A stretch of 64,000 nucleotides of DNA from the NCBI RefSeq assembly GCF_021028975.2, contig NC_059428.1:147498001-147562000 (forward strand). The letters run 5' to 3'. Numbering within the stretch: position 1 is the first letter of the stretch; the number at the start of each line of letters is the position of its first letter. Positions 23,905 to 41,065 of this stretch are shown piece after piece. The DNA is from Sphaerodactylus townsendi (lineage: Eukaryota). Under the pieces are notes generated by a model. That model did no database searches, was not told the origin of the DNA, and saw nothing but the letters and a program-made list of their open reading frames with translations. Both the position numbers and the translations under genes were made by a program.

Positions 23905-24859
23905 CTGTCAAGCAAGAAAGAGAGTTGGTTATCAGCCATTTCCAAGAGGGGCATGAAGTAAGAGATGATCAGGGGTCCATCTGAAAAACCTCTGTTGGGA
24001 TGCTGAAATCAAGGCCAAAATAGGGTCCGCTGTCTGTGGCAGAGAGATAACTAAACATGTCTGCGAAAGACGACACTTTTCTGGCAGAGAGCTCCACTGA
24101 AATATGTACAGAGCCACCTCTGCTGCATGGCGGCTTACAGATACAAACGAAAAACAAAGGGCAAAAACAACCGCACAAAAGGCTACTGTGACCAAAAAAA
24201 AAAGAAAATAAGAGTCAAGGGAAAACAACACTCTGATAATAAGATAGAGCAAAATGAACATACACAACAATAACATGCTGAAAAAATACCAATGCAGATC
24301 TACAACAAGGAAGCCCAAATGTGGTACAGTTCAATATAAGGACGGGATGATCCGGGCCTTCTTCCCCTTTCGCAGTTCCAAGACCCCTTCGTCAGCAGAC
24401 TTTTAGCAGACTTGTTGAGTGGTTAGTCTAGAACAGGGGTAGGGAACCTGCGGCTCTCCAGATGTTCAGGAACTACAATTCCCATCAGCCCCTGCCAGCA
24501 TGGCCAATTGGCCATGCTGACAGGAACTCATGAAGTGTAGTTCCTGTTATCCTGAAGCTAGTCTAAAATATTTCGATGGGATTCTTTTAAGCTGTTTAAA
24601 TATCGGTTAAAATATAAAAAAAAACAGGCAGGCTTGAATAATTGTGCCGCTGACGAAGCGGTCTTGGAACTGCAACACGGGAAGGAGACCCAGATTGTCC
24701 TGTCCTTATATTCATGCCTGAAGAATTCACTCATAATGGAGCCAGCGTGGTGTCGTGGTTAAGAGCAGGTGGATTCTAATCTGGAGAACCCGGTTTGATT
24801 CCCCCACTCCTCCACCTGATTGGCAGAGGCTCATCTGGTAAAATAAATGGTAAAGCTCA

Positions 24860-25027
<168 letters not shown>

Positions 25028-25346
25028 CTAGAGAATGATAGAGATCAGATTGCTTTTCAGTTTCAACATCTGTCACAAGATGTCTGTGACATCTTCCAGC
25101 ATCTGGGCAGAACCCCTGCAACATTCATGCGCTCTTCCAAACCCTCCAGCCGTTTTAAAACTCTCCATTCAACTCAGCGGTCATTCCCTCCACCAATGGT
25201 TCACACAGCTGAGGTGTGAATGAAGTTCTTATTGATGAGATTTATTTCCCTTTTCCGCTGGCACGGTCAAGGAAGTTAACAAGAGTTGACACTTCTTTAA
25301 AAAATTCAGATTCAGTGATTGCTTGGCAGAAAAGAGAGTTATTTAC

Positions 25347-25460
25347 CTCTTGATCGATGTTGTGCAGCATGGCGGGATTGTTATATTTCTCTGGATTATC
25401 GTGGAAACAGACCATTCCGTCTTTCTGGTTAATACTAGCAAAGATTTCACCATCTTCTAT
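25347..25460 (-). CDS. COPS3: COPS3 exon 10
   Basis: [38 protein letters not shown]; 114 nt. Confidence 0.95.
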
Positions 25461-25781
25461 CTGGTGGAGGAAAATAAGAACAAGATGACTTACGGCTCAA
25501 AGTTTTCCTACAGATCACAGGAAGAGAGAAAATTTCTGGAAACTCTGAAGGCTCTCCACCAAGAACAAAAAAACCCAAAAAATTATGGGGGAAATAAAAA
25601 TATATACAATACTTTTGTATCAAGCCTAAACCTATTGTGTTTTATGTTGTGAAGCAGTGCATCATTTATAATTTATTCAACACATAAAGCTGTATCAACA
25701 ACATGTTTATGGAATTTAAAAGTATAAGTAACTTTGTTCTCAGCAAGCGGAGCTGCAAACATACCAAATACTAAAGACAAA

Positions 25782-25922
25782 GGCTCATTCCGCACATGCA
25801 GAATAATGCACTTTCAAACTGCTTTCAGTGCTCTTTGAAGCTGTGCGGAATAGCAAAATCCACTTGCAAACAGTTGTGAAAGTGGTTTGAAAACACATTA
25901 TTTTGCGTGTGCGGAAGGGGCC
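25782..25922. mobile_element. PIF/Harbinger-like MITE
   Basis: GGCYCYTTCCGCACATGC...TGTGCGGAAGGGGCC termini, often TWA flanks. Other copies: 49791-49930, 56797-56938, 59162-59311, 62068-62219, 63046-63197. Confidence 0.7.
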
Positions 25923-26289
25923 AGAGAGATGCAAACTGCCATACACTGTGAAGTCACAGCACAGTTCACTCAAAAATTCTTTCTTCAGGTTAGTTTTTTT
26001 GGCACTCAACAAAACTTTCCAGCTTTTCAGCTGAGGGGGAAACAAAATCCACAGACAACTTCGTGTGGAACATTTTGAGTGAACGATGCCTCCTCTCAAG
26101 AAACCTTTTAATAGGAGAAAAATATTTCATAGCATTCTGGCATCCACAGTTAGGCTGTTGTGGGGGGTTCCTACACAATGAGGGGGCCAGCTTAGACCTC
26201 GGGTTGCATCCTGCAAACCCACAAGCTCTCTAACAGGAGCGAACACAGTGCCTGCAACGGATCACGCTGTCAAACAGCAACCAACTCTA

Positions 26290-26658
<369 letters not shown>

Positions 26659-26882
26659 TCAAATGCTGAAGAGCTGCAATGAGAATTACGCATTGCATCA
26701 TTTCTGGCAGGAGCCATTTTACTGCTCGGCTCACCACCCTCTGAGAAGGGGACCGCCACGTTCAAAAAAATCGGGGACCCCTCCTCTGCGAGATGCAAGA
26801 CATCCCATCTTGCGACAAGAGCGCTCTGAGAAATCGGAAGAGGCTCGATTTTATCAGCAGCGAGAGAGCAAAACCCGCACTA

Positions 26883-27092
<210 letters not shown>

Positions 27093-27339
27093 TCAGATCT
27101 GAAACCAAGGGAGCCACAAGGCCAAACTCCCGATTCCCTTTAAGTTTTCTTCTCTTGCCCTAATTGTTTACTCAGTTGAGCATCAAGCAGAGAAGCATCG
27201 GGGGGGTGGGGGGGGGTGGAGGAGGAATACGCTAATGGAAAAATACTTTTGTTTTCCCTACGTCACCAAATACAGGCACCCAGAGCCAGGCGGAATTATC
27301 TGAGTCTTCTGATCTTGAGTCCTCCATCCCTGTCTTTCG

Positions 27340-27965
27340 CGCCTTCTGTAGTGTGGGATAGTGCTAAGGCATGGGGCCCACATACCTATGGGACCGCATC
27401 ACCCCTTATGTCCCACACAGGCCGCTACAATCAATGGCGGCAGAACTGCTGGTGATCCCAGGCCCTGCGAGGATGCGGCTGGCCTCGACCCGGGCCAGGG
27501 CCTTTACGGCTCTGGCCCCTGCCTGGTGGAATGCTCTACCTCCAGCTGTCCGGGCCCTGCGGGACCTTGGCGAGTTCCACAGGGCCTGTAAGACAGAGCT
27601 ATTCCACTGGGCTTTTGGAGGGGCTGGCCGTGGTTCCACTGCCCCCCATTAAATCAAAACTGCCAGCCGGACCATCTGGTCGGGCTCTAATTCCACCTTG
27701 GGCCCTGCCTATCTCCTCCCCTTCCTTCCTTCCTTCTTCTTCCTTTCTTTCTTTGGCCTTAGATCGGGCGCCTGTGTATATATGTGTTTACATAATCTGG
27801 TTGTTTTAATTTATTAATTGCTGCTGAGTTTTAATGGTTTAATTTTATGTTGTATTATTTGCTGTTGGGAACAGCCATGTTGGGAGCCGCCTCGAGCCCG
27901 TCGGGGATGAGGCGCCCTACAAATTTAATTAATTAATTAATTGATTGATTGATTGATTAATTAAT
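27340..27965 (+). mobile_element. L2-clade LINE 3' fragment
   Basis: ORF2 C-terminus PTYLWDRITPY...RAFTALAPAWWNALP...CKTELF, then 3' UTR and simple-repeat tail. Confidence 0.75.
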
Positions 27966-28240
27966 AAGGGGATGGGAGAAGGGAGGAGGATACGGGATTG
28001 ATACATCGGGGTTGTTTGAAAGTTCCAGCAGAACTAGCTTCTCCCCGTGTCTGCCAAAAAAGACTTCTAAACCTTCAAGTTACAGAGTCTGATTTGAGTC
28101 ACAAATCCAGGGCTTGACACTGTCCTTCCTCTGAATGTCGATGTCGTTTGACTCGCCAGTTGCAGAAGACTGCTGACCCCTACACTGGAGGCTCGTGATT
28201 CGGAACGATTCCAACACTTCAAAGATTCTGACCCAGGTCA

Positions 28241-28555
<315 letters not shown>

Positions 28556-29004
28556 TTAGAATCATAGAGTGGGAAGAGACCCCCCAAGGGCCATCAAGTC
28601 CAACCCCCTGCAATGCAGGAACACACGATCAAAGCACTCCTGACAGATGGCCACCTAGCTTCTCTTTAAAAACCCCAAAGAAGGCAACTCCACCACACTC
28701 TGAGGTAGTGCATTCCACTGTCGATTAGCCCTGACTGTCGGGGGGGGGGGGGGGAGAGGGGGGAAGGAATCTCCTTTCCTTCACTTTGAACCTATGACTC
28801 CCGGTCCTGGTCTCTGGAGCAGCAGAAAACAAGCTTGCTCCCTCACCAACATGACATCCCTTCAAATATCTACGCATGGCTATCATGTCACCTCTTAACC
28901 TTCCTGGGAAACTTTGAGGAGCTTAGGATGCAAAATCCTGCAAATGGAGCCTGTATAATTAAATATCGCCAGTCTTCACAGCCCCCCCCCCCCCCCAATT
29001 TTCA

Positions 29005-29463
<459 letters not shown>

Positions 29464-30019
29464 TTATATCCCCCCTTTCTCTCCTGCAGGAGACTCAAAG
29501 GGGCTGACAATCTCCTTGCCCTTCCCCCCTCACAACAACCCTGTGAAGTAGGTGGGGCTGAGAGAGCTCAGAAGAACTGTGACTAGCCCAAGGTCACCCA
29601 GCTGGCCTGTGTGGGAGTGCACAGGCTAATCTGAATTCCCCAGATCAGCCTCCACAGTTCAGGCGGCAGAGCGGGGAATCAAACCCGGTTCCTCCAGATT
29701 AGATACACGAGCTCTTAACCTCCTACGCCACTGCTGACAGATGGCCATCCAGCCTCTGTTTAAAAATCAAGAACTGAGATTTAAATGGACACTGGGTGGT
29801 AAAATCCAGACACCAGTAGGTGGGAATAAGGAAGGGGCTATGAAAGATTGCTGCTGTAACTCAGCCCATAACACAGCTTTCCAAAACAACAAGCCAAAAG
29901 ATACATCCAACACCAAGAAACAGGAGAAGACTGCACCCAACGGGATAGTGACTTAAATTCCTAAGAATGCATCTGGAAAGGTTTGCGGGATGGCTTCATT
30001 GGCCCTTAACGGCCACTTA

Positions 30020-30322
<303 letters not shown>

Positions 30323-30753
30323 TCAACCCCCGTCTTCCCAGGTTTGGGGGATCCCAAATTCTGATAAGGTTGTAAAGCCCCTCGAAAAAGGGCCCAGACG
30401 CTCCCAAAAGCACCCAGATCTGTGGCTTCAAGTGAACGGAAACGCTCCTCCTACAAGCAGCCTCCCACCAAACCTTTTAACTTGCTTTTTTAAAAAAATT
30501 CTTATTTTCTTTTCCACCATTGGATACTGTTGGTATTTTCTACGAGTGAGAAAACTTCAAAGGAGCCCCTTGGGGATCGGGCAGTATAAAAATTGAAGAA
30601 ATAAATAAATAAAATAAATAAATAAACATCTTAAAAAATTAGACTAGGTGGAGAACAGCTCAGATCCGGCGGGGATGCTCTTGCGTTCATACAACGCCCC
30701 CAGGAATCTAAGAGCCGCACTGTCGAAGTCGCTGCATTCAAGAACCCGCTTAC

Positions 30754-30803
30754 CTGCTTCCTCTCCACCAGGGCGTTTGTTAATTGGTGACACAGCCCAG
30801 CAA
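30754..30803 (-). CDS. COPS3: COPS3 exon 4
   Basis: AGLCHQLTNALVERKQ; 50 nt. Confidence 0.94.
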
Positions 30804-30941
30804 CTGGAAACAATTCCGAGAAAGACAGAAATGAGAATTCCGAGAAGGACAGAAATGAGAGCCCCAAATGAGGAAGGCATCAAACTTGGGAATACGCAAG
30901 GTGGGGTGGGGTGGGGGGGATATCTCAAAAGCCTGACTCAC

Positions 30942-31054
30942 AAGTGTCTGTCGCGTATCGAATGTGCTCCCCGTTACACGTGCTGATAAAAAGCTGAACC
31001 TGCGAAAACAGCGTCTCGAAGTCGGGGACGCTGGGCATAGAAAACTTCACAAAC
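30942..31054 (-). CDS. COPS3: COPS3 exon 3
   Basis: [37 protein letters not shown]; 113 nt. Confidence 0.95.
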
Positions 31055-31920
31055 CTGAAGGACAGAAAAGACAAGAGCAACGCTTGATAAGTTTCCGAGG
31101 GCAGCTCATCACGGTGTTCAAGCCCCGTTGGCACCTTAGAGAGAGAGAACACTTGCAGGGTATGAGCTTTTCCTTGGTAACTCTAAGGGTAGAGCCCTCC
31201 AAAAAGATAGCATTTAGGGGCACATCCCTTTGGGCTGACCTCTACTTCCTACATTCCACTCCCCAAAACCGTAAGGAAAGATAGATGGTGGTATTATCAG
31301 TCACAAGTCAGTAGACACGAAACACGTAATAATGCACTCGTTCCATGCCCTTGCTGATGATACCTAAACCAACTCAATTTGTGCATGATTTGGTGTGAAA
31401 GGAGAAGAGATCATAAAATCATAGAGTTGGCAGAGACCACCAATGCCAGCAAGTCCAACCCCCTGCCATGCAGGAACACACAGTCAAAGCCCACCCGACA
31501 AGCAGTGGTTTTTCCTGATGTTTAGGTGGAATCTCTTTACCTTTACCTTGAACCTGTTACTCCTGGTCCTGGTCTCTGCAGCAGCAGAAAACAAGCTTGC
31601 TCCCTCCACCAACATGACCTCCCTTCAAATATTTAAACATGGCTATCGTGTCCCCCCCCCCCCTTCCTTCGCTTCTTCAGACTAAACATCCCCAGCTCCC
31701 TATGCCTCTCTTTGTAGGACATGGATTCCAGACCAAATGTTACCATTTTGGTTGCCCTCCTCTGGACATGTTCTAGCTTGTCAATATCCTTCATAAATTG
31801 CGGTGCCCAGAACTGAACCCAGTATTCTAGGTGAGGTCAGAGGCTCAAGTCGGATTCCTCCCAGGAGAGATGCCAGGAACCGAACCGGGAAACCCTACAG
31901 AAAAGGCATCAGACTACTTA

Positions 31921-32085
<165 letters not shown>

Positions 32086-32427
32086 CTAGGCTAGCAACAG
32101 TAAGAAGTTAAAACTCGTGCGAGGTTTAATTTACCGCGCACAAAAGCTCGTTGTTCAATTGACTCACATAAAGTTCAGCTGGCACAACAACGGGGTTAAA
32201 GCAGAAGCACGTGCCCTCTTGTAAGCGACGTGCCAGTATGGTGTCTCTCTGGTTGCGAGTTACACTTATAGTAGTTTTATTAAATTGAACACTTGTCATT
32301 CTACTGTAGCAACGTTCTTTCTCCGACATAGCAAAGATTTTGTACTTTACCCGCTGCCTGTGTCCTTAGCAGACTTGAAGAGTGCACAACCAGAATCAGA
32401 TCCTCGCTTCATCGTGGTAGGTACTGT

Positions 32428-33425
32428 ACTCAACTGGCAGCAGCCCACCAAAGCCCACAGCACCTACCACCTGGTTCTTTTAACCAGAGATGCCGGACAT
32501 TTAAACCTGGGACATTGTAAATGCTACACAGAAGGTCTGACACTGAGAACATAGATAGCTCCAGCTGCCTTCTAAAGACCAGCCTCCTCAACTGGCAGCA
32601 GCAAGCAAGAGTCTCAGGTCTGATGCCTTCCATGAGAGATGCCAGGGAATGAATCGGGGGCTTTTTGCATGTCATGCAGAGGTTCTGGCACTAAAAATAT
32701 GGATAGGACAAGCAGCCTTCTAAAAAGTCGCTGTACTCAACTGGCAGCAGCAAGCCAGGGTCTCAAGCTAAGGCTTTCCCATTTCTTCCATGCCAGGGAC
32801 TGAACCCAAGATGTTCTGCATGCCACACAGAGGTTCTCACACTAAAAATACACATAGGTCCAGCAGCCTCCTAAAGAATCGCTTACTCAACTGGAAGAAG
32901 CAAGCCAGTCTCAGATCCAATTCCTTTCATAAAAGATGCCAGGGATTGAATCGGGGGCCTTCTGCATCCGAAGCAGAGGTTCAGCCACTGAGACCATGGA
33001 CAGCTCCAACAGCCTTCTAGAGAATCGCCTACTCAACTGGCAGCAGCAAGCCAGAGTCTCAGATCTGACTCCTTCCATGAGAGATGCCAGGGATTGAACC
33101 TGGTACCTTCTGCATGCTAAGCACAAGCTCTGCCACTGAGACCACAGACAGCTCCGACATCCTCCTAAAGAATCGCCTACTCAACTGGAAGCCACAAGCC
33201 AGAGTCTCGGGTCTGATTCCAGGGATTGAACCCGGGACCTTCTGCATGCTCAGCACAAGCTCTGACACTGAAACCACAGACAGCTCCACCAGCATCCTAC
33301 AGAATCGCCTGCTCAACTGGAAGCCACAAGCCAGAGGGTCAGGTCCAATCCCCCCCTTGAGAGGCGTCAGGGATTGAACCCGGGGCCTGCTGCATCCCAA
33401 GCAGAGGTTTCGCCACTAAGCCACG
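32428..33425 (-). repeat. Tandem array (~7 units, ~150-bp period) of tRNA(Ala-like)-derived SINE heads
   Basis: CTCAACTGG at ~32429, 32587, 32736, 32886, 33032, 33180, 33312; minus strand TGGTCTCAGTGGCAGAGC...GCATGCAGAAGG..CCAGGTTCAATCCCTGGCATCTC carries A and B boxes. Confidence 0.85.
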
Positions 33426-33577
33426 GCCTCTCCCAGACTGCAGGCGCACCCCGGGTCCGCCATGCCTCCCGTTGGCCCCCCCACGCCCCAGCAAGGAAAG
33501 GCGGGCCGAGGAGGGCCCCCGGAGCCCAGCCCCGCAGGCGCCGGCGGAGGAGGTCTCTCCGGTCCGCGGCCGCTCAC

Positions 33578-33632
33578 CTTGGGCCGAGAGCTGCCGGACG
33601 CTGTTGACGAACTGCTCCAGGGCGGACGCCAT
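33578..33632 (-). CDS. COPS3: COPS3 exon 1
   Basis: MASALEQFVNSVRQLSAQG; 55 nt; the 12 exons total 1272 nt (423 aa). Confidence 0.96.
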
Positions 33633-35608
<1,976 letters not shown>

Positions 35609-35803
35609 TGACCTCTGTTCTGTCCTCACCACAACCTTGTGAGGTAGGCTAGCCCGACAGGGCGGGTGATGGATCCAAGGTCATCCAGCAAGCTTCCCTG
35701 TGGCAGAGTGGACATGGGAAGCTGGCTCTGCCAGATCCTTTCCTCCCTCTTCTCCTCACAACAACCCTGTGAGGTAGGCGAGGCTGAGAGTCATTGTCTG
35801 GCC

Positions 35804-35951
35804 CAGGGGTAGGGAACCTGCGGCTCTCCAGATGTTCAGGAACTACAATTCCCATCAGCCCCTACCAGCATGGCCAATTGGCCATGCTGACAGAGGCTGA
35901 TGGGAATTGTAGTTCCTGAACATCTGGAGAGCCGCAGGTTCCCTACCCCTG
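35804..35951. mobile_element. Palindromic hAT-type MITE
   Basis: Same element as 14686-14833 in opposite orientation. Confidence 0.8.
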
Positions 35952-37929
35952 GCTCTGGCCCAAGGTCACCCAGAGAGGTCACTCAGCCGATTTAGGGTGA
36001 TCCCACAGGACTTTCAAGGCAGAGGTAGTTTGCCAAAGTCTGCTCTGCATAGCCACCGAGGGGCTTCCTTGGCGGTCTCCCATCCCAGTACTAACCAGAA
36101 CCAACCTCTCTTAGCTCCCAAGAGCTGAATAGTCCAGGCCAGCCACCTCAGGGGATATTATACATGTTAACCACTCACTACTAATGGGTTTCATATATTT
36201 ATTTATATGCCCAAGGCCGGTGACAGTCATGTAAAACAATTTTATCAAACAAATATTTAAAACAACAGCTATAAAAATATGAGAACTAGTCCAGAACACC
36301 TTATGCTCCCTTGCAGAAGGGTCGTCTCCCCGTGCCCAGGCTCAGATTGGTCCCAAGGCCACCAGGAACATCTCTATTTTGTAGCCTTGCTGGGAAACCA
36401 GGATGTCTATAGCCTCACTGATCTTTTCCTGAAGATGTTCTGTAGGTATCAGTTGAATAGACAAGCCTTTATTGGCATTCCAAAATACAATAAAACAATT
36501 GTCCATAAAAGACAGATAGATACAACAACCATTCAGAGTCTTATCAATAGTTTAGTCCAAATGGACTCATCAAAAGTGCCATTCCCATACACCTCTCCAC
36601 AGACCAGACTGAAGACCCACCAACAGAGCCCAGGCATCACAACAGCATACAGTATCAACACTCCACTATAAAACACAGAGTTTGTTAGAGTGGCACCTAA
36701 CACAGAACAAGGGATAGGGGACAAGGAAATGGGCGAACAATTGATCTGACTCCAATAGGTTGCCACAGCCTTCAATTGTCCCACCATCTGGCAATCAGTA
36801 ACAAAACTACGACATCTCTCAATGAATCACCCACAGGTTATTTGACTTTGGGTGACCGTGAACCCACAGGTTGCTGGCAGAGGTAGGCACTGTATACCAG
36901 TAGCAAATAGTTAATGTAAGCAACATTGTTGTTGTTGTGATGATAGCAATCTAATGCTTAGTATCCATCTAGCGTTGCGTCTATAATCTTTAAAAGATAT
37001 TTTGCTACGCTTTCACAAAAGTGAGGATCAAGATTATCTAAGATTAAAGGAATCCTAAGAGCATCAGTTAAATGATTGTATAGGAGTGAAGCAATGATGG
37101 GTTGGGTCATTCTGATCTTGGCAAGTCTTGCACAGTGAAACAGAGTGTGCTAATGGGTTTCAATGCACTGCAGTGTGGTTCAGTTAACTCAGTTGTCAGG
37201 AGTCCTTCAATGCAGGAAAAAGATGAGGAAAAATTATCACACAGGCCCACTTAGGAAGGCAGAAAAGCCCCCTCCCCCTCCCATTTTTCAAATAACATAC
37301 AGTTATTCTTCAGGAATTATTACGTGATAGCCTTTCTACACGTTTGAGGCTACCGTCCTACCAACAGTTGGCCTGTTCAGAAGTTGCATACACATTGCAA
37401 AAGCTGGCTTCCTGTCTTTCTTAAGTCCCCCTGAGAACCTGGCCTACCCCGCAGCGACGTCGGACGTGTTGGTCGGACCATGTTGGTCGGACCATGTTGG
37501 TTGGACGTCGATTGCAGCTCCAAGAGCGTGACATCCCCCTGGCAGGAAATATATTTAGATCTTACCCAATGTAATCTCAAACCAGCTTACAGTGTTCTTC
37601 CATTTTTATCCTCATAACTACCCCCCCTGCAAGGTAGGTTAGGTTTTTATCCTCATAATCACCACCCTGCAATAATCTAAGCTGAAAGAATACGATGTCT
37701 GAGGGGGACCAGCAACTTCCTGGGCAGAGTGAGTACGTATACCCGTCGGCTTGTTGTACTGCCTCCTTTTAGGATATTATTTTAATTATTTTATCACAGT
37801 ACTTTGTGAGACGTTTCCAAGAATATTCTTCGTGGAAAGAGCAGGTACATATTCATTCATTTTATTCACAAAATTCGTATCCCACCTTTCTGATTTTAGA
37901 AAGGCCACCAAGGTGGCTCAAAATTTAAA

Positions 37930-38232
37930 GAGAGCCAGCGTGGTGTAGTGGTTAAGAGCAGGTGCACTCTAATCTGGAGAACCGGGTTTGATTCCCCGCT
38001 CTGCCACTTGAACTGTGGAGGCTGATCTGGGGAACCAGATTAGCTTGTGCACTGCAACACATGCCGGCTGGGTGACCTTGGGCTAGTCACAGCTTTTCGG
38101 AGCTCTCTCAGCCCCACCCACCTCACAGGGTGTTTGTTGTGGGGTGGGGGAGGGAAAGGAGATTGTAAACCCCTTTGCATCTCCTTACAGGAGAGAAAGG
38201 GGGGATATAAATCCAAACTCCTCCTCTTCTTC
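37930..38232 (+). mobile_element. Squam3-like SINE
   Basis: Full-length, GAGAGCCAGCGTGGTGTAGTGGTTAAGAGC start; second copy at 38632-38928. Confidence 0.8.
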
Positions 38233-38388
38233 TGTTCTTAAAGAGGTGGAGAATTTGAGTTCAATTTTGACATGCTGCTGTCTGGCACCATATTTTAGAT
38301 CGTGGAGGTGTTCGGATTCTCTGCTCTGTTTTGAAGGAAACAGCAAGGGGAATTTAGGAGTCACTCTTTCTCTCCCCAACCCCAACAG

Positions 38389-38489
38389 GAAAAGGCTATC
38401 AGCATTTGGGAGTCAAAGAACTTCTTCCTCGACCTGGATCCTCTCCCAGGCGCTGTGGAAGCTGTGAAGCAGATGGCTAATTTAGAAAA
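38389..38489 (+). CDS. NT5M: NT5M exon 2
   Basis: EKAISIWESKNFFLDLDPLPGAVEAVKQMANLE; 101 nt; AG/GT. Confidence 0.94.
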
Positions 38490-39161
38490 GTGAGTACTTG
38501 GTGCGAGAAGCTATCAAAGAGACCCGCAGCTGACACAGAGAGTGTGAGCTTGTGTGTGTATGTGTGGGAGACGGTACACAAAGAATAAGGATTTTAAATG
38601 ATAAAGCTAGGAATGTGGAATGATTCACTGTGGCCCAGCATGGTGTAGTGGTTAAGAGCAGGTGGATTCTAATCTGGAGAACCGGGTTTGATTTCCCACT
38701 CCTCCATCTGAGTGGCGGAGGCTTATCTGGTGAACCAGATGTGTTCCCGCACTCCTGCATTCCTGCTGGGTGACCTTGGACTAGTCACAGTTCTCTCCGG
38801 ACTCTCGCAGCCCCACCTCCCTTACAAAGGGTCTGTTGTGGGGAGAGGAAGGGAAAGGAGCTTGTAAGCCACCTTGACTCTCCTTACGGGAGAGAAAGGT
38901 GGGGTTTAAATCCAAACTCTTCTTCTTCTCTACATCTTGGCTGCTAAATCAGGTCAGATCTTGGATAGAGGACCAGCAGGAAGGAACAGCAAACTACCTC
39001 AGCCTTTCCATCCAATCAGAGTCCATAAGGCAGTTGGATGGTTGACCTAATGTAGCGTGGGGCTACCAGGAGAAAAGCTAAAATAGGAACGTAATGCGTT
39101 CAATGCATTCGAGTGCAAATTCTTTCTCAACTGCCTGTTTCTTTTTTATCTCCCGGGACAG

Positions 39162-39222
39162 GACTGACCTATTCATCTGTACGAGCCCTATCAAGAAGTA
39201 CCGCTATTGCCCTAATGAGAAG
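39162..39222 (+). CDS. NT5M: NT5M exon 3
   Basis: TDLFICTSPIKKYRYCPNEK; 61 nt; AG/GT. Confidence 0.94.
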
Positions 39223-39339
39223 GTAATGAATTGGTGGCGGTGACAGCGGAGGGGATTAGAAGGGGCAGAACATGAAAATAATTACCTTTGTATCCTGGAT
39301 TACTAGGCGCAAGAGATGCCAAAGCCCAATCTGATCATC

Positions 39340-39960
39340 ATGGTGTAGTGGTTAAGAGCAGGTGGACTCTAATCTGGAGAACCGGGTTTGATTCCCTGCT
39401 CCTCCACATGAGTGGCAGACTCTTATCTGGAGAACTGGATTTGTTTCCCCTCTCCTACTGCTTGGTGGCTATGGGCCACTCAAAGTTCGCTCAGTGGCTA
39501 TGGGCCACTCAAAACTCTCTCAGCCTCACCTACCTCACAAAGTATCTGTTGTGGGGAGAGGTAGGGAAAGGGAGTTTTTAAGCCACTTTGAGACTCCTAA
39601 CAGTAGAGAAAGATGGGGTATAGTGCGTTCAAGGGAAAGGAAGGAGGAGGAGGAGGAGGAGGAGGAGGAGGAGGAGTTTGGATTTATATCCAACCTTTCT
39701 CTCCTGTAAGGAGACTCAATGTGGCTTACAGGCTCCTTTCTTCCTGTCCCCACCACAGACACCTTGTGAGGCAGGTGGGGCTGAGAGAGTTCAGAGAGAA
39801 CTGTGACTGGCCCAAGGTCACCCAGCAGGAATGTAGGAGGCTGAAAATACATCCGGTTCACCAGGTAAGGCTCTGCCGCTCGGGTGAAGGAGTGGGGGAA
39901 TCAAACCCGGTTCTCCAGATTAGAACCCACCTGCTCTTAACCACCACACCACGCTGGCTC
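39340..39960. mobile_element. Tail-to-tail inverted pair of Squam3-like SINEs separated by (GGA)n
   Basis: + copy 39340-39620, (GGA)n 39643-39675, - copy 39676-39960. Confidence 0.8.
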
Positions 39961-40334
39961 TCTTGGAGCTTGGCATTGCGGAAGGTCTCAGGTTCAATCC
40001 GCCCCTTTTCCAGGTAAAAAAAACTGGGTAGGAGGGGGGATGCAAATGACTTCAGCACCTTGGACAGGGGCTGCCAGACAGAGTAGACCAGGTGAACCTT
40101 GGTTGGCCTGGTAGAGTAACTTCATTTAAGGAGATGCCATACTCAGTGGTCTTGATGGACACGTGGTCTGGTATAGTAGAAGGAGGCTTCATATGTCCCT
40201 CGACACACAGAAGGTCCCAGGTTCAATTCCCGGCATCTCCATTTAAAAGGATCAGATGATGTGAAAGATCTCCCCCTGAGTCCCAGGACAGCAGCTGCCA
40301 GTCTGAGCTGGCAATACTGATATTGATGCAATAA

Positions 40335-40727
<393 letters not shown>

Positions 40728-41019
40728 TGACAGATCACTCACACATTTGTTCATATTCGGGTCTCCCCCGGGGGAAGAAACTTTAAATCAATTATTTACA
40801 CTTACATTCCGGTGCTAGAATGACTTCTGTCCCAACAGTGGAACCCCAAACACACTTTCCTAGGAGTAAACACCATAGATTAGGCTCAAAACTGAATGTA
40901 CTTTTTAAAAAATTAGTTTCTCCCACAATTCTGTGCCCCTCCCACCAACTGTCCGGCACTGTCTGGTAATCCTAACATGAAATTATTGGAGATTTGGGCC
41001 CAGCGCATGTAGAGACATC

Positions 41020-41065
41020 TCAACCAACCAACCAACCAACCAACCAACCAACCAACCAACCAACC
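41020..41065. repeat. (CCAA)n microsatellite (tail of a minus-strand LINE fragment)
   Basis: Seen directly. Confidence 0.85.

Noticed and set aside
30812-30860. 24-bp tandem duplication at the COPS3 exon 4 acceptor (similar ~22-bp one at 18460-18500 in FLCN)
   Set aside because: Small slippage duplications; exon boundaries remain canonical
32428-33425. tRNA gene cluster or CRISPR-like array
   Set aside because: Degenerate SINE heads with no clean cloverleaf; whole units repeat with no unique spacers; eukaryotic locus
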